Assembly: GCA_045644045.1 (NCBI GenBank)
Contig: JAZRGD010000068.1
Coordinates: 1-54,045, forward strand
Source of the DNA: Eubacteriales bacterium
GTDB lineage: Bacteria; Bacillota; Clostridia; Oscillospirales; CAG-272
Length of the DNA: 54,045 nucleotides
Direction of reading: 5' to 3'
Part shown: piece after piece, positions 8,599 to 22,138 of the stretch
Position numbering within the stretch: the first letter of the stretch is position 1
Layout of the letters: each line of letters starts with the position of its first letter
The notes under the pieces: generated by a model
What the model was told of the DNA's origin: nothing
Seen by the model: only the letters and a program-made list of their open reading frames with translations
Database searches by the model: none
Made by a program: the position numbers and the translations under genes

Positions 8599-9771
8599 TC
8601 AATGTTTTTTGGCACGGGTGGCAACCGTCTCGGCCAATGCGCCGAGGAAGGCGTCCACCTCGTCGGGGGTGTTCAAATAGGAGAAGCTGACGCGAATGGA
8701 GGAGTCAGCCTCGTCTCGCGTTTTGCCAAAGGCAAGAAGTGCCTCGGACAGATGGGCGTCGTGGGAGGAGCAGGCGGAGCCGGAGGACACGTAGATGCCC
8801 TTTCCCGACAGGTCGTTTAACACCGTCTCGCTCTTAAAGCCCGTCACCGTCAGATTGACGATATGGGGCGCCGCCTCCCCTATGGGAAGGTTGGGCGTGA
8901 CCCCCTTCAATTCCTCACGGGCGGCGAGGGAGGAGAGCAAATATTCTCTCAATGCCTTGATCCTCTCGAAGCGTTCCGCAAAGGCGGCTCGATAGACGCG
9001 CGCCGCCTCGGCAAAGGCGCAAGCACCGGGCAGGTTTTCCGTACCCGAGCGCAAGCCGTCCTCCTGACCGCCGCCGACGGCGACGGGGGACAGCCCTCTG
9101 TTTTTGATGACGGCATCCGACACGTAGAGGGCACCCACGCCCTTGGGGCCCATGATCTTGTGAGAGCTGAGGGTGATGAGATCGGCACCGATGGAGGCGG
9201 GGGTGAAGGGCACCTTCATAAAGCTTTGGGTAGCGTCCACGTGAAGCACCGCCTCGGGACAGGCACGTTTCATCCTATCGCTGACGGCGCGCAGGGGATA
9301 GAGTGCCCCCGTTTCGTTGTTCACCGCCATCATGGTGACGAGAATAACGTCCTTCGTCAGCTCCTTCTCCAGCGTCTCCATATCGAGAAGTCCATCACGG
9401 GTAGGGATATAAGCCACGGAGAAGCCCTGCCGTTCAAGAAGCGAAAGCGGCAACGACACGGAGGAATGCTCTCCTGCCGTGGTGATGATCTTGCTCCCCC
9501 TCGCGTATCTCTCCTTGGCGAAGGCGCGCCCGAAGATGGCAAGGTTGTTCCCCTCCGTACCGCCCGAGGTAAAGACGATCCTGCCGCCTCGCGCACCGAG
9601 GGCAGAAAAAAGGGTGGCCTTTGCCTCCTTCAAGGCGTCCGCCGCCCGCTTGCCGAGATGGTGGCGGGAGGAGGGATTGCCGTAATTCTCCTCGGAAAGA
9701 CGGTTATAGGTAGCAAGTGCCTCGGGGCAGATGCGAGTGGTGGCACTGTTGTCAAAATAAATTTCTTTCAT
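8599..9771 (-). CDS. Cysteine desulfurase (IscS/NifS class V PLP enzyme)
   Basis: IYFDNSATT, GNPSS, FTSGGTE, HVDATQ, SSHK, SSGSACSS motifs. Confidence 0.92.
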   Translation of the reverse strand: MKEIYFDNSATTRICPEALATYNRLSEENYGNPSSRHHLGKRAADALKEAKATLFSALGARGGRIVFTSGGTEGNNLAIFGRAFAKERYARGSKIITTAGEHSSVSLPLSLLERQGFSVAYIPTRDGLLDMETLEKELTKDVILVTMMAVNNETGALYPLRAVSDRMKRACPEAVLHVDATQSFMKVPFTPASIGADLITLSSHKIMGPKGVGALYVSDAVIKNRGLSPVAVGGGQEDGLRSGTENLPGACAFAEAARVYRAAFAERFERIKALREYLLSSLAAREELKGVTPNLPIGEAAPHIVNLTVTGFKSETVLNDLSGKGIYVSSGSACSSHDAHLSEALLAFGKTRDEADSSIRVSFSYLNTPDEVDAFLGALAETVATRAKKH

Positions 9772-9782
9772 CGCTTGAAGAC

Positions 9783-10352
9783 TTACTTAAAAGCAAAATT
9801 GGTCAGAATACCGCCAATGGCCTCCAAGTGATTGTCGTAGTGATCGGCGGTTGCGGTGTATGTGAAAATATAGAGCGTGGAGCCCATCAACGCGCTGTTT
9901 TTCAAGAAAAAGATCTGCATGATCTTGTAATCCGTTGTCTTCTCTCCCACCGTATGCTTGGCAGTGAAGACGTAGCGATAGCCGTTCACCTTTCCCTCAC
10001 CGTTGCCGAGGGTGACCTTGCCGCCCTCCTCTACCGTGGTGATGGGGCCGAGGAGTGCCGCGTACTCCGCTTGCTGTTCCTTCCAATAATCCCCCACCGT
10101 CTCGGCGGTTACGCTATCCACACTCATCACGCTGACGTTGCATTTGTCGCCGGGCGCGACGGTGGCAGAGGTGAAGTTCCGAGCCGTTCCGCTTCCCGCG
10201 ATCCAGGTGTCGGGCACGTACAGGTGATAGTCACACACCTCCGCATCGGAGGCGCGTTGGTAGCCTGCGGGGGCAGCATCGTCATTGCCACCACAGCTCA
10301 CCAAAGAAAAGATCATAAGAAGTGCCAAAAGGCAGACCAAGATTTTTTTCAT
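9783..10352 (-). CDS. Putative lipoprotein (possibly DcrB/PsbP-like fold)
   Basis: Signal peptide with lipobox LVS-C; the fold guess rests on the VPDTW start and terminal YIFTYTA strand. Confidence 0.7.
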   Translation of the reverse strand: MKKILVCLLALLMIFSLVSCGGNDDAAPAGYQRASDAEVCDYHLYVPDTWIAGSGTARNFTSATVAPGDKCNVSVMSVDSVTAETVGDYWKEQQAEYAALLGPITTVEEGGKVTLGNGEGKVNGYRYVFTAKHTVGEKTTDYKIMQIFFLKNSALMGSTLYIFTYTATADHYDNHLEAIGGILTNFAFK

Positions 10353-10377
10353 TTTCTTTTATTCCTTTTTGTAAACT

Positions 10378-11625
10378 TTAGTTTGCGTTTTTCAGCTTTA
10401 TCATTTCAGCCGCCGCAGAAAGAATGCCAAGCTTGCCCGACTCGTAGGTCAGGCCACCCTGCATAAAGGCGATATAGGGAGGACGGACGGGGCCGTCGGC
10501 CGAAAGCTCGAGGGACGCGCCTTGGGTAAAGGTGCCCGCCGCCATGATCACGGGGTCGTTATAGCCAGGCATATCCCAAGGCTCACAGGTGACGAAGGCG
10601 TCGATGGGCGAGCCGTACTGGATACCGCGACAGAAGGCGATGAGCCCCTCCGCCGTACCGCACCTTACCGTTTGGATGATGTCGTAGCGAGGCTCGTCCC
10701 AGCGAGGTGCGGTCTCGTACCCCAGCTTGTCAAAGACGTAGGCACACAGGTGGGCGGTCTTAAGTGCCTGCGCCACGGTATGAGGTGCGTAAAAAAGACC
10801 CTTGTACATATTTTTGTTTTGTCCCAGGCTTGCGCCGATCTCAAGACCCACGCCAGGGGCGGTGTAGCGATAGCCGCAAAGCTCCACGGCACGGGCGGTG
10901 CCCGCCAGATAGCCGCCGCATTCCGCCATGCCGCCGCCGGGATTCTTGATAAGAGAGCCGACGATGAGGTCAGCCCCCACGGCGGTGGGCTCTCTGTCCT
11001 CCACGAACTCGCCGTAGCAGTTGTCCACCATCACGAAGGCGTCGCTGACGGCGCGCACCGCGCGCACGATCTCCCCGATCTCCTCCACCGACAGGCTCTT
11101 GCGGTCAAGATAGCCCTTGGAGCGTTGGATGAAGGCCACCTTGACAGTGGGGTCATCCTTCAAGGCCTCGGTGATGGCGGCAAGGTCCGCGCCGCCGTCG
11201 GCGGCAAGGGGAACCTCTTTATATTTCACCCCGAAATCCGCAAGAGAACCGCGGCCCGCCTCTCCCGACAGACCGATGACCTCATCTAGCGTATCGTAGG
11301 GCTTTCCCGTCAGGGCAAGCAGGGTGTCACCGGGGCGCAAAAGACCAAACAGACCGATGGCGAGGGCGTGTGTCCCCGACAGAACGGAGGAGCGGACGAA
11401 GGCCGCCTCCGCATCAAACACGCGGGCGTAAATTTTATCAAGAACGTCTCTGCCTCTGTCGTCGTAGCCGTAGCCGTCGGTAGAGGCAAACATACCGTTT
11501 GACACTCTTTCCTCGCGGAAGGCCGCCATGACCTTGGCCGTGCCGCTCTCCGCTATTTTGTCCAAGCGGGCAAACACGGGGGCAAGCTTTTCCTCCGCTT
11601 CCCTGACGATCTCATCTAACTGCAT
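10378..11625 (-). CDS. Methionine gamma-lyase family protein (YnbB / aluminium resistance type)
   Basis: GYGYDDRGRD, SGTHAL, GKPYDTL, IQRSKGY, VDNCYGEF, GSLIKNPGGG motifs. Confidence 0.9.
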   Translation of the reverse strand: MQLDEIVREAEEKLAPVFARLDKIAESGTAKVMAAFREERVSNGMFASTDGYGYDDRGRDVLDKIYARVFDAEAAFVRSSVLSGTHALAIGLFGLLRPGDTLLALTGKPYDTLDEVIGLSGEAGRGSLADFGVKYKEVPLAADGGADLAAITEALKDDPTVKVAFIQRSKGYLDRKSLSVEEIGEIVRAVRAVSDAFVMVDNCYGEFVEDREPTAVGADLIVGSLIKNPGGGMAECGGYLAGTARAVELCGYRYTAPGVGLEIGASLGQNKNMYKGLFYAPHTVAQALKTAHLCAYVFDKLGYETAPRWDEPRYDIIQTVRCGTAEGLIAFCRGIQYGSPIDAFVTCEPWDMPGYNDPVIMAAGTFTQGASLELSADGPVRPPYIAFMQGGLTYESGKLGILSAAAEMIKLKNAN

Positions 11626-11661
11626 TTCTATATTCCTTTCTTTTGTAAACCTTTATTTACA

Positions 11662-12966
11662 TCATTCGGGCAATCCGAGGACGAGCTTATGGAAAACGTC
11701 GCCTCTTTCCTCAAAATCTCTGTACGCATCGTAGGCGGTAGCGGCGGGCGACAGCAGGACCAAGTCCCCTGCGCTCGCCTCGGTATAAGCGGCAAGCGTG
11801 GCCGCCTCCATACTGCCACAGGCAAGATAAGGTCGCCCAAGGCGGTGCCAAAGGGCGGCAGTCTCCGCCTCGGTCTCTCCAAAAAGGTAGGCCTTTTTCA
11901 CCTTGCGCGCCACCTCCTCCAGGGGGGTGAGAGGCAAGCCCTTTCCCCTGCCGCCGAGAAGCAGCAGAACGCGCGTCCCCGCCTCTCCCTGTGCCGCCAC
12001 GGTGGCGGCGGTGCGGTTTGGGGTGGTGTCGATGGAGGAGTCGAGAAAAAAGACCCCTCTTTTTTCCGCCACCCGCTCCATACGGTGAGGAACGCCGCCG
12101 AAGCGACGGGCAAAGTCAAGCAACACGGCGGGAGTCACGGTGTCCGCAAGGGCGGCGGTGGCCGCCAATAGATTTTTAAGATTATGCTCTCCCGAAAGAC
12201 GAAGCGCACCGGCAGGAAACAGGGGCACGCCAAAGGCGTTGATATGACCCTCCTTCACACACACGTCCCCCTCGGGCAAGACGGAAAAGCGCAGGGCATC
12301 GGCGGCGGGGAAAAGTCCCACGGGCAACACCCGACGGCGGCTTTGAGACACCAGCCTTTCCTTGGCGGCGGTGTATTCCCTCATATCGGTATGCCAGTTC
12401 AGGTGGTTGGGGGTCAGGTTGGTCACCACCCCCGTGTCCACCGTCACCGAAAAATCCATCAGCTGAAAGCTGGACAGCTCCAGCACGCAGGCGTCGGTAG
12501 GACGCATCTCCGAGAGAAAGGGCAAAAGACTTCGCCCCACGTTGCCGCCCAAATAGACCGTCCTCCCTATGGCGGACAAAAGCCCCGACAGCATAGTGGC
12601 GGTGGTGGTCTTGCCGTCGCTTCCCGTGACGGCGTAGATGGGACAGGGACAAAGAGCGGCGAAGTATTCCGCCTCTCCCCACACCGTCGCCCCTCTGAGG
12701 GCGGCGCGGCATATTTTCGGGCTATCGGGACGCACCGAGGGAGAGCGAAAGACAAATTCTCCGCGCAGTTCCCCCTCGCCGCCCGTATAAAGCGGCACGC
12801 CCAAGGAAGCAAGCCACAGGGGAAGGTCGCCGAGAGCGGATCGCGGCGCATCATCAAAGGCGCGCACGCGCACCCCCTTCGCCGTCAGATGAGAAATGAG
12901 GGCGCGCCCCGATCGGCCAAGCCCCAGGACCGAGGCGGTATCGTTTCGTTTGGGTAAGGGCTTCAT
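11662..12966 (-). CDS. murD: UDP-N-acetylmuramoyl-L-alanine--D-glutamate ligase
   Basis: GLGRSG, AVTGSDGKTTT, GGNVG, LELSSFQL, NLTPNHLNWH, HRME, LLSPA motifs. Confidence 0.9.
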   Translation of the reverse strand: MKPLPKRNDTASVLGLGRSGRALISHLTAKGVRVRAFDDAPRSALGDLPLWLASLGVPLYTGGEGELRGEFVFRSPSVRPDSPKICRAALRGATVWGEAEYFAALCPCPIYAVTGSDGKTTTATMLSGLLSAIGRTVYLGGNVGRSLLPFLSEMRPTDACVLELSSFQLMDFSVTVDTGVVTNLTPNHLNWHTDMREYTAAKERLVSQSRRRVLPVGLFPAADALRFSVLPEGDVCVKEGHINAFGVPLFPAGALRLSGEHNLKNLLAATAALADTVTPAVLLDFARRFGGVPHRMERVAEKRGVFFLDSSIDTTPNRTAATVAAQGEAGTRVLLLLGGRGKGLPLTPLEEVARKVKKAYLFGETEAETAALWHRLGRPYLACGSMEAATLAAYTEASAGDLVLLSPAATAYDAYRDFEERGDVFHKLVLGLPE

Positions 12967-13057
12967 AAAAGACCTCCTTCTCGTTTGTTCCTTACTATTT
13001 TATTCGGCAAGGCGCAAAAAAGACAAAGAGGCAAGCGCATACAGCGGCTATTATATT

Positions 13058-13086
13058 ATTATATATGATTAGTACCCAAAAAGCAA
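13058..13086 (-). promoter_or_regulatory. SigA-type promoter upstream of murD
   Basis: Minus strand TTGCTT-17-TATAAT. Confidence 0.55.
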
Positions 13087-13098
13087 GGGGGCATTTGT

Positions 13099-13136
13099 AA
13101 AAAAAACACGCTTCGGGCGAGAAATCGCCCGAAGCG
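13099..13136 (-). terminator. Intrinsic terminator after the MATE gene
   Basis: CGCTTCGGGCGA-GAAA-TCGCCCGAAGCG with a T-run on the minus strand. Confidence 0.8.
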
Positions 13137-13144
13137 CGGGAATA

Positions 13145-14563
13145 TCAAGAAACCGCAAGCCTGCTTTTCTTCTTTTCTTTTTGCAATACCACGAAAATGG
13201 TGGCCAAATGCAAGCTACACACCACCACCCAAGACACGGGCCAGGAAACGATAATGCCCGAAAGAGTGTGGAACGCTTCAAGGGGAAATATGACCTTGAT
13301 CCAGAAGATGCGGAACACGCAAGCTCCGAACAGAGAGGAAAGCATGGGAACGAAGGAGCAGCCTCGCCCACGCAGATAGCCCGAAAGCACCTCCATAATG
13401 CCGCAGAGGAAATAGAGCGGCAGCACCACCGCGCCGCTTTCCCTCGCCCTTGCCAGCACCAGCTCCACGCCGGGCAAGGAGGTATCGATGTAAAGGGAGC
13501 AAAGAGGGGTAAAGAACACCCAAAGGAGCATGCCCACCCCGAAGCCGACGGTGGCCACCCAGAAGAGGGCGGAAAAGAGCGAGGTCTTCATACGGTCTCT
13601 TTTTCCGGCACCGTAATTTTGTCCCACAAAAGTCAAGGTGGCTTGCAAAAAGGCGTGCATGGCAACGTAAACGAAGTTTTCAACGGAGGAGGAGATAGTG
13701 CGCCCCGTCACCGTATCGGTGATGACCGCGCCCGAGGGAAGGGGGGTGGCGGGGAAGGAATTGACCGCCGTTTGAATGATCACGTTGGCAAGCGCAAAGC
13801 AGCAGCCTTGAATGCCCGAGGGCACGCCGATGCGAAGGACACTGCCGAGAACACGGCGATGGATCCGCAATCTACGAAGGAAGAAACGGTAGTCCGTCTT
13901 ACTTCTTGCCAGACAGACCATAACGGCGATAGCCGACAGATATTGCGCGGTGGCGGTAGCCAAGGCCACTCCCAGCACGCTCAGATCGAAGACGATCACG
14001 AAAACCAAATTCAATCCCACGTTGATGAGTCCCGCCGCCGCGAGGATATAAAGAGGCAGTCTCGAATTGCCCACCGAGCGCAGAATGGTGGAGCCGAAGT
14101 TGTACACCATGGTGGCGGGGAAGGCGGCGAAATTGATCTTCATATAAAGCGACGCCATCTCAAGGATCTCGGACTGGGTGCCCATCAGAACAAGCAGAGG
14201 GCGGCTGAACAGAACGCCCACGAGACCGAAAAGGATACCGCAAATGAGAGAGAGCGCAACGGAGGTATGCACCGCCTCGCCCAGCTCCTTTTTGTGGTTC
14301 GCGCCGAACTGCTGTGCCACCACCACCCCCGCGCCTGCTGAAAGACCCAAGGCAAAATTAGTCAGGAGACCGGAAAGAGAGGAGGTGGAGCCCACCGCCG
14401 CCAGGGCGTTGGGGTCGCCCGAAAACTGTCCCACCACCACCTGGTCGGCCATGTTGTAGAGGATCTGCAGCATACCCGAGAGAATGATGGGAACGGCGAA
14501 TGCCAAAATGGGAAAAAAGATCGGGCCTGTGGTAAAATCCCTTTGTTTTTTTGCCACTGTCAA
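13145..14563 (-). CDS. MATE family efflux transporter
   Basis: Many hydrophobic segments; LQILYNMADQVVVG, ALAAVG, LRSVGNS, GQNYGAG motifs; start TTG 14563 or GTG 14557. Confidence 0.9.
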   Translation of the reverse strand: MTVAKKQRDFTTGPIFFPILAFAVPIILSGMLQILYNMADQVVVGQFSGDPNALAAVGSTSSLSGLLTNFALGLSAGAGVVVAQQFGANHKKELGEAVHTSVALSLICGILFGLVGVLFSRPLLVLMGTQSEILEMASLYMKINFAAFPATMVYNFGSTILRSVGNSRLPLYILAAAGLINVGLNLVFVIVFDLSVLGVALATATAQYLSAIAVMVCLARSKTDYRFFLRRLRIHRRVLGSVLRIGVPSGIQGCCFALANVIIQTAVNSFPATPLPSGAVITDTVTGRTISSSVENFVYVAMHAFLQATLTFVGQNYGAGKRDRMKTSLFSALFWVATVGFGVGMLLWVFFTPLCSLYIDTSLPGVELVLARARESGAVVLPLYFLCGIMEVLSGYLRGRGCSFVPMLSSLFGACVFRIFWIKVIFPLEAFHTLSGIIVSWPVSWVVVCSLHLATIFVVLQKEKKKSRLAVS

Positions 14564-14635
14564 AAAAGCTCACTACCTTTCGTCAGCGAACGGGAGCCGA
14601 GTGCCCTTGCGGACGCTCGGCTCTTTTTCAAGTAA

Positions 14636-16018
14636 TCAAAATCCGAAATATTCCTTGGCGTTGTAGTAGCAAACGCCCTCGACGATCTGCTTCAGGTATT
14701 CCTCGTCGGCAGGATATTCGCCCTTCTCTACCCACTCACCGATCAGGTTACAGAAGATGCGGCGGAAATACTCGTGTCTGGGATAGGAAACGAAGGAGCG
14801 GCTGTCGGTGAGCATACCCACAAAATGAGCCAGCATACCCAGGTTGGCGAGGGCCTTCATCTGGGCCTCCATACCGTCTCTCTGATCGTTGAACCACCAG
14901 CCCGAGCCAAACTGGATCTTGCTCTTGTAGGGAGGAGCTTGGAAGTTGCCCAGCATGGTTGCGAGAACGTAGTTGTCGCAGGGGTTGAGGTTGTAAAGAA
15001 TGGTCTTGGGCAAGCACTCCTCGCGCTCAAGGGAATCAAGGAAGCGGGAGGTGGTGTAGGCGGCGCTGTAATCAGCCACCGAGTCACAGCCCACGTCGGG
15101 GCCGAGGGCCTTGTAGATGCGGGTGTTGTTGTTGCGGATGGCACCCATATGCAGCTGCATGGCCATGCCCTTTGCCGCATAAAGCTTTGCGCAATGGCGG
15201 AGAACGGCGGTCTTGTAGGCCTCCTCCTCCTCGTGGGTGATGGCTTTACCCGTCATCTTCTTGTCGAAGATCTTCTCGGCGTCGCCCTCGGCGTAGGGCA
15301 CGTAGTCGAGACCGTGGTCGGAGACGAGACAGCCGTTGTCGTAGAAGTAATTCACTCTGTCCTCAAGGAAGCTTAAGAGCTCCTTGTAGCTCGAAACACC
15401 CGTCTGCTCGATATAGCCGAGGAAGGGCTCCTTGCCGATCTCCACGCACTTGTCGGGGCGGAAGGTGGGCAGGACCTTGGTGGCAAACTCCTCCTTGGGC
15501 AAAGCGGCGATCTGCTTGTGATAGCGCAGGTCGTCAAGGGGATCGTCGGTGGTACAAAGTGCCGTTACATTCGAGCGGCTGATGAGGCCTCTCGCGCTGT
15601 AATCGGGACGGGCAAGAAATGCGTTTACCTTCTCGTAAATGGCGGCGCAGTTCTTGGGGGTGAGCATATCGTAGGTGTCGAAATACTCCGCAAGCTCAAG
15701 GGCGTTCCAGTGCAAGAGGGGATTGCCGATCAAGAGGGGCAAGGTCTCCGCCCACTTGGCAAACTTCTCTTCGTCAGGCGCGTCGCCCGTCATAAATCTC
15801 TCCTCCACACCGTGGGTACGCATCTGACGCCACTTGTAGTGGTCACCGCCAAGGAACAGGTCGGTGGCGTTACGGAAGCGGTGGTCGTCCGCGATCATCT
15901 TGGGGGAAAGATGGCAATGGTAGTCAATGATGGGCAGGAGCTTGGCATAGTCGTGGAACAAATGCTTTGCCGTTTCGCTGTGGAGCATAAAGCTGTCGTT
16001 AATAAGGGGCATGGTCAT
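14636..16018 (-). CDS. uxaC: Glucuronate (uronate) isomerase
   Basis: PIIDYHCHL, GDHYKWR, CTTDDP, GSGWWFND, GMLTDSRSF.SYPRHEYFRR motifs. Confidence 0.96.
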   Translation of the reverse strand: MTMPLINDSFMLHSETAKHLFHDYAKLLPIIDYHCHLSPKMIADDHRFRNATDLFLGGDHYKWRQMRTHGVEERFMTGDAPDEEKFAKWAETLPLLIGNPLLHWNALELAEYFDTYDMLTPKNCAAIYEKVNAFLARPDYSARGLISRSNVTALCTTDDPLDDLRYHKQIAALPKEEFATKVLPTFRPDKCVEIGKEPFLGYIEQTGVSSYKELLSFLEDRVNYFYDNGCLVSDHGLDYVPYAEGDAEKIFDKKMTGKAITHEEEEAYKTAVLRHCAKLYAAKGMAMQLHMGAIRNNNTRIYKALGPDVGCDSVADYSAAYTTSRFLDSLEREECLPKTILYNLNPCDNYVLATMLGNFQAPPYKSKIQFGSGWWFNDQRDGMEAQMKALANLGMLAHFVGMLTDSRSFVSYPRHEYFRRIFCNLIGEWVEKGEYPADEEYLKQIVEGVCYYNAKEYFGF

Positions 16019-16050
16019 ATCTCCTATCTATATCTATGTTTTTCCCCTCC

Positions 16051-16079
16051 ATTATATCCCCATCTGCCAAAAAATGCAA
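16051..16079 (-). promoter_or_regulatory. SigA-type promoter for uxaC
   Basis: Minus strand TTGCAT-17-TATAAT. Confidence 0.6.
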
Positions 16080-16150
16080 GAGTAAAACAAAACTTTTTTC
16101 CTCGCATTTCCATTTATTTTCCTTTTATTGCTTTTCTTTCACACTTGTTC

Positions 16151-16179
16151 TTGACAAATGGAGGAAAATGCGGTACAAT
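16151..16179 (+). promoter_or_regulatory. SigA promoter for kdgK-fucU
   Basis: TTGACA-17-TACAAT. Confidence 0.75.
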
Positions 16180-16229
16180 AAGAACGAAAAATGCGGTACG
16201 CCGCAAAAAAACAGAAAAGGAAGAAGAAA

Positions 16230-17252
16230 ATGAAAAAAGTTGTTACCTTTGGCGAACTTATGCTCCGTCTTGCTCCCTATGACTACCTCCGTTTTGCTCA
16301 AGCCGATGAGTTTGAGGCTACCTTCGGCGGTGGCGAGGCCAACGTGGCTGTGTCTCTTGCCAACTACGGCTTAGACGCCTCCTTCGTGACCAAGCTCCCC
16401 AAGCACGAGATCGGCCAGATGGCCGTCAACTCTCTGCGCCGCTATGGCGTTGATACCTCGAAGATCACTCGCGGCGGCGAGCGCGTGGGTATCTACTACA
16501 TCGAGAAGGGTGCCTCTCAGCGTCCCTCCAAGGTCATCTACGACCGCGCTTACTCCGCCATTGCCCTCGCTAAGCCCGAGGACTTTGATTGGAAGGCCAT
16601 CTTTGAGGGTGTGGAGTGGTTCCACTTCACCGGCATCACTCCCGCTCTGGGCAAGAACGTAGCCGACATCTGCCTCGAGGCCTGCAAGGCCGCAAAGGCC
16701 GCCGGTGCCACCATCTCTTGCGACCTCAACTACCGCAAGAAGCTGTGGAGCCGCGAGGAGGCCCGCGAGACCATGACCCGTCTTGCCGAGTACATCGACG
16801 TCTGCATCTCCAACGAGGAGGACGCTCACTACGTCTTCGGCATCGACGCCGAGAACACCGACATTGACGGCGGCAAGCTCAACCACGAGGGCTACAAGAG
16901 CGTGGCCAAGCAGCTGGCTGACAAGTTCGGCTTCAAGAAGGTTGCCATCACCCTGCGCACCTCCATCTCCGCCAACGACAACGACTGGGCCGCTCTGCTC
17001 TACGACGGCGAGAACTACTGCTTCTCGAAGAGCTATCATATGCACATCGTTGACCGTGTGGGCGGCGGTGACTCCTTCGGCGGCGGTCTGATCTACTCTC
17101 AGCTGATGGGCTACGCCACCCAGGATTCCATTGAGTTTGCCGTAGCGGCATCCTGCCTCAAGCACACCATTCAGGGTGACTACAACCTGGTATCCGTGGA
17201 CGAGGTCAAGGCCTTGGCCGGCGGTAGCGGTAGCGGTCGCGTACAGCGTTAA
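16230..17252 (+). CDS. kdgK: PfkB-family sugar kinase, probable 2-keto-3-deoxygluconate kinase
   Basis: FGELMLRL, GGGEANVA, CDLNYRKKLW, DRVGGGDSF; divergent from uxaC. Confidence 0.88.
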   Translation: MKKVVTFGELMLRLAPYDYLRFAQADEFEATFGGGEANVAVSLANYGLDASFVTKLPKHEIGQMAVNSLRRYGVDTSKITRGGERVGIYYIEKGASQRPSKVIYDRAYSAIALAKPEDFDWKAIFEGVEWFHFTGITPALGKNVADICLEACKAAKAAGATISCDLNYRKKLWSREEARETMTRLAEYIDVCISNEEDAHYVFGIDAENTDIDGGKLNHEGYKSVAKQLADKFGFKKVAITLRTSISANDNDWAALLYDGENYCFSKSYHMHIVDRVGGGDSFGGGLIYSQLMGYATQDSIEFAVAASCLKHTIQGDYNLVSVDEVKALAGGSGSGRVQR

Positions 17253-17275
17253 GGCATCCGAAAAGGAGAACGAAT

Positions 17276-17728
17276 ATGTTAAAGGGCATTCCCGCTATCC
17301 TCTCCCCCGATCTCTTAAAGGCTCTTTGCGAGATGGGTCACTCCGACCGTCTTTGCATTGCCGACGGCAACTTCCCCGCCGAGACCATGGGCAAGAACTG
17401 CATTGTCATTCGTGCCGACGGCCACGGCGTACCCGAAATTCTGGATGCCATTCTCACCGTATTCCCTCTCGACACCTACGTAGAAAAGCCCATGAACCTG
17501 ATGGCTCTGATGGAAAGAGACGTGGAAAAGGTGGAGACCCCCATTTGGGAGGAATACAAAAAGATCGTGGCCAAGCACGACGAGCGCGGCGCGGACGCCA
17601 TCGGTGAGATCGAGCGTTTTGAATTCTACGAGGAAGTCAAAAAGAACTGTCACGTGATCATTGCCACCGGCGAAAGCGCGGTGTACGCCAACGTTCTTTT
17701 GCAAAAGGGCTTGGTGAAAAACGCGTAA
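17276..17728 (+). CDS. fucU: RbsD/FucU family mutarotase
   Basis: MLKGIP.ILSP.LL..L.EMGH.D....ADGNFP, ERFEFYE, ATGE...YANVLLQKG. Confidence 0.88.
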   Translation: MLKGIPAILSPDLLKALCEMGHSDRLCIADGNFPAETMGKNCIVIRADGHGVPEILDAILTVFPLDTYVEKPMNLMALMERDVEKVETPIWEEYKKIVAKHDERGADAIGEIERFEFYEEVKKNCHVIIATGESAVYANVLLQKGLVKNA

Positions 17729-20956
<3,228 letters not shown>

Positions 20957-20994
20957 AGCACGGCGGCGATCCTCTCCTTTTGCCGCGTATCCAA

Positions 20995-21036
20995 AAAGAA
21001 TGCCCATTTCGCGCTTGCGCGAAATGGGCATTCTTT
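20995..21036. terminator. Terminator after GH2
   Basis: AAAGAATGCCCATTTCGCGC-TT-GCGCGAAATGGGCATTCTTT, perfect 20-bp arms. Confidence 0.8.
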
Positions 21037-21105
21037 GTAAATTATTCTTTACATTCAAAAGGGAGGGCTTTTATTCTTCCCTTACAAATTCCGTGTCATT
21101 CAGCG

Positions 21106-21134
21106 AAAAAACGGAGAATTCCTTCTCCGTTTTT
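21106..21134 (-). terminator. Terminator after the ABC operon
   Basis: AAAAACGGAGAA-TTCC-TTCTCCGTTTTT. Confidence 0.65.
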
Positions 21135-21145
21135 GTCGGTTCATA

Positions 21146-22138
21146 TTACAGAACGCACTTCAAGAACTGCTGTGTTCTGGGTTGCTTGGGATCGTCGAAC
21201 AGCTCGGCGGGAGGTGCTTCCTCCAGGATGTTGCCGCCGTCCATAAAGATCACGCGGTCGGCCACCTCACGGGCAAAGCCCATTTCGTGGGTGACGATGA
21301 CCATGGTCATGCCTTCCTTCGCCAGGTCACGGATCAGATCCAGCACCTCGCCTACCATTTCGGGGTCAAGGGCGGAGGTGGGCTCGTCAAAGAGCATGAC
21401 CTTGGGATTCATGGCAAGGGCGCGGACGATGGCAATTCTCTGCTTTTGTCCGCCCGACAGGGTGGAGGGATACACGTCCGCCTTCTCCTCAAGACCGATA
21501 CGGGCAAGAAGCGACAGGGCGTTCTCGCGTGCCTTTTCCTTGATCTCCGCCTTGGTGGTCTCCACGGGCAGAAGCGCTTTTTTGTTCTTGCGAAGCAAAT
21601 TGGCGAGCTTACGGCGCAGGTTGACCCGCTTGGCGCGGGCAAGTGCCTTGGTCTGCAGTTGAACGGGGGCAAGCATGATGTTTTCGATGACACTCATATT
21701 GTTGAAGAGATTAAACTGCTGGAACACCATACCCATACGCTGACGCGCCAGGTTAATATCAATGCGGTTTTCCCTTTCAAACTCTTTGAGCGCGGTGCGG
21801 AAGGCCTTGCCCTCCTTCTTTTTGAGGAGACGCTCGGAGACGATCTTTTCCATCGCCGCCTCACCGTCCATGGTGGCGGACAGAGCCGCGTAGGTCTTTG
21901 ATCTTCTGATAATATCGGGATGCCGATATACGGCGGTATCCGTGATGAGGCTTTCTTCCAGCCACACCTCGCCGCCGGTCGGGACCTCAAGCAGATTCAT
22001 ACAACGAAGCAGAGTGCTTTTTCCGCTTCCCGACGGACCGATGATGGCTACTCTCTCGCCGTCCTTGATCTCACAGGAAACGCCCTTGAGAACCTGAAGC
22101 TTACCAAAGCTTTTGTAAATATCCTTAACGCTTATCAC
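21146..22138 (-). CDS. Polar amino acid ABC transporter ATP-binding protein (GlnQ-like, with two insertions)
   Basis: [47 protein letters not shown]; GTG start overlapping the permease stop. Confidence 0.93.
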   Translation of the reverse strand: MISVKDIYKSFGKLQVLKGVSCEIKDGERVAIIGPSGSGKSTLLRCMNLLEVPTGGEVWLEESLITDTAVYRHPDIIRRSKTYAALSATMDGEAAMEKIVSERLLKKKEGKAFRTALKEFERENRIDINLARQRMGMVFQQFNLFNNMSVIENIMLAPVQLQTKALARAKRVNLRRKLANLLRKNKKALLPVETTKAEIKEKARENALSLLARIGLEEKADVYPSTLSGGQKQRIAIVRALAMNPKVMLFDEPTSALDPEMVGEVLDLIRDLAKEGMTMVIVTHEMGFAREVADRVIFMDGGNILEEAPPAELFDDPKQPRTQQFLKCVL

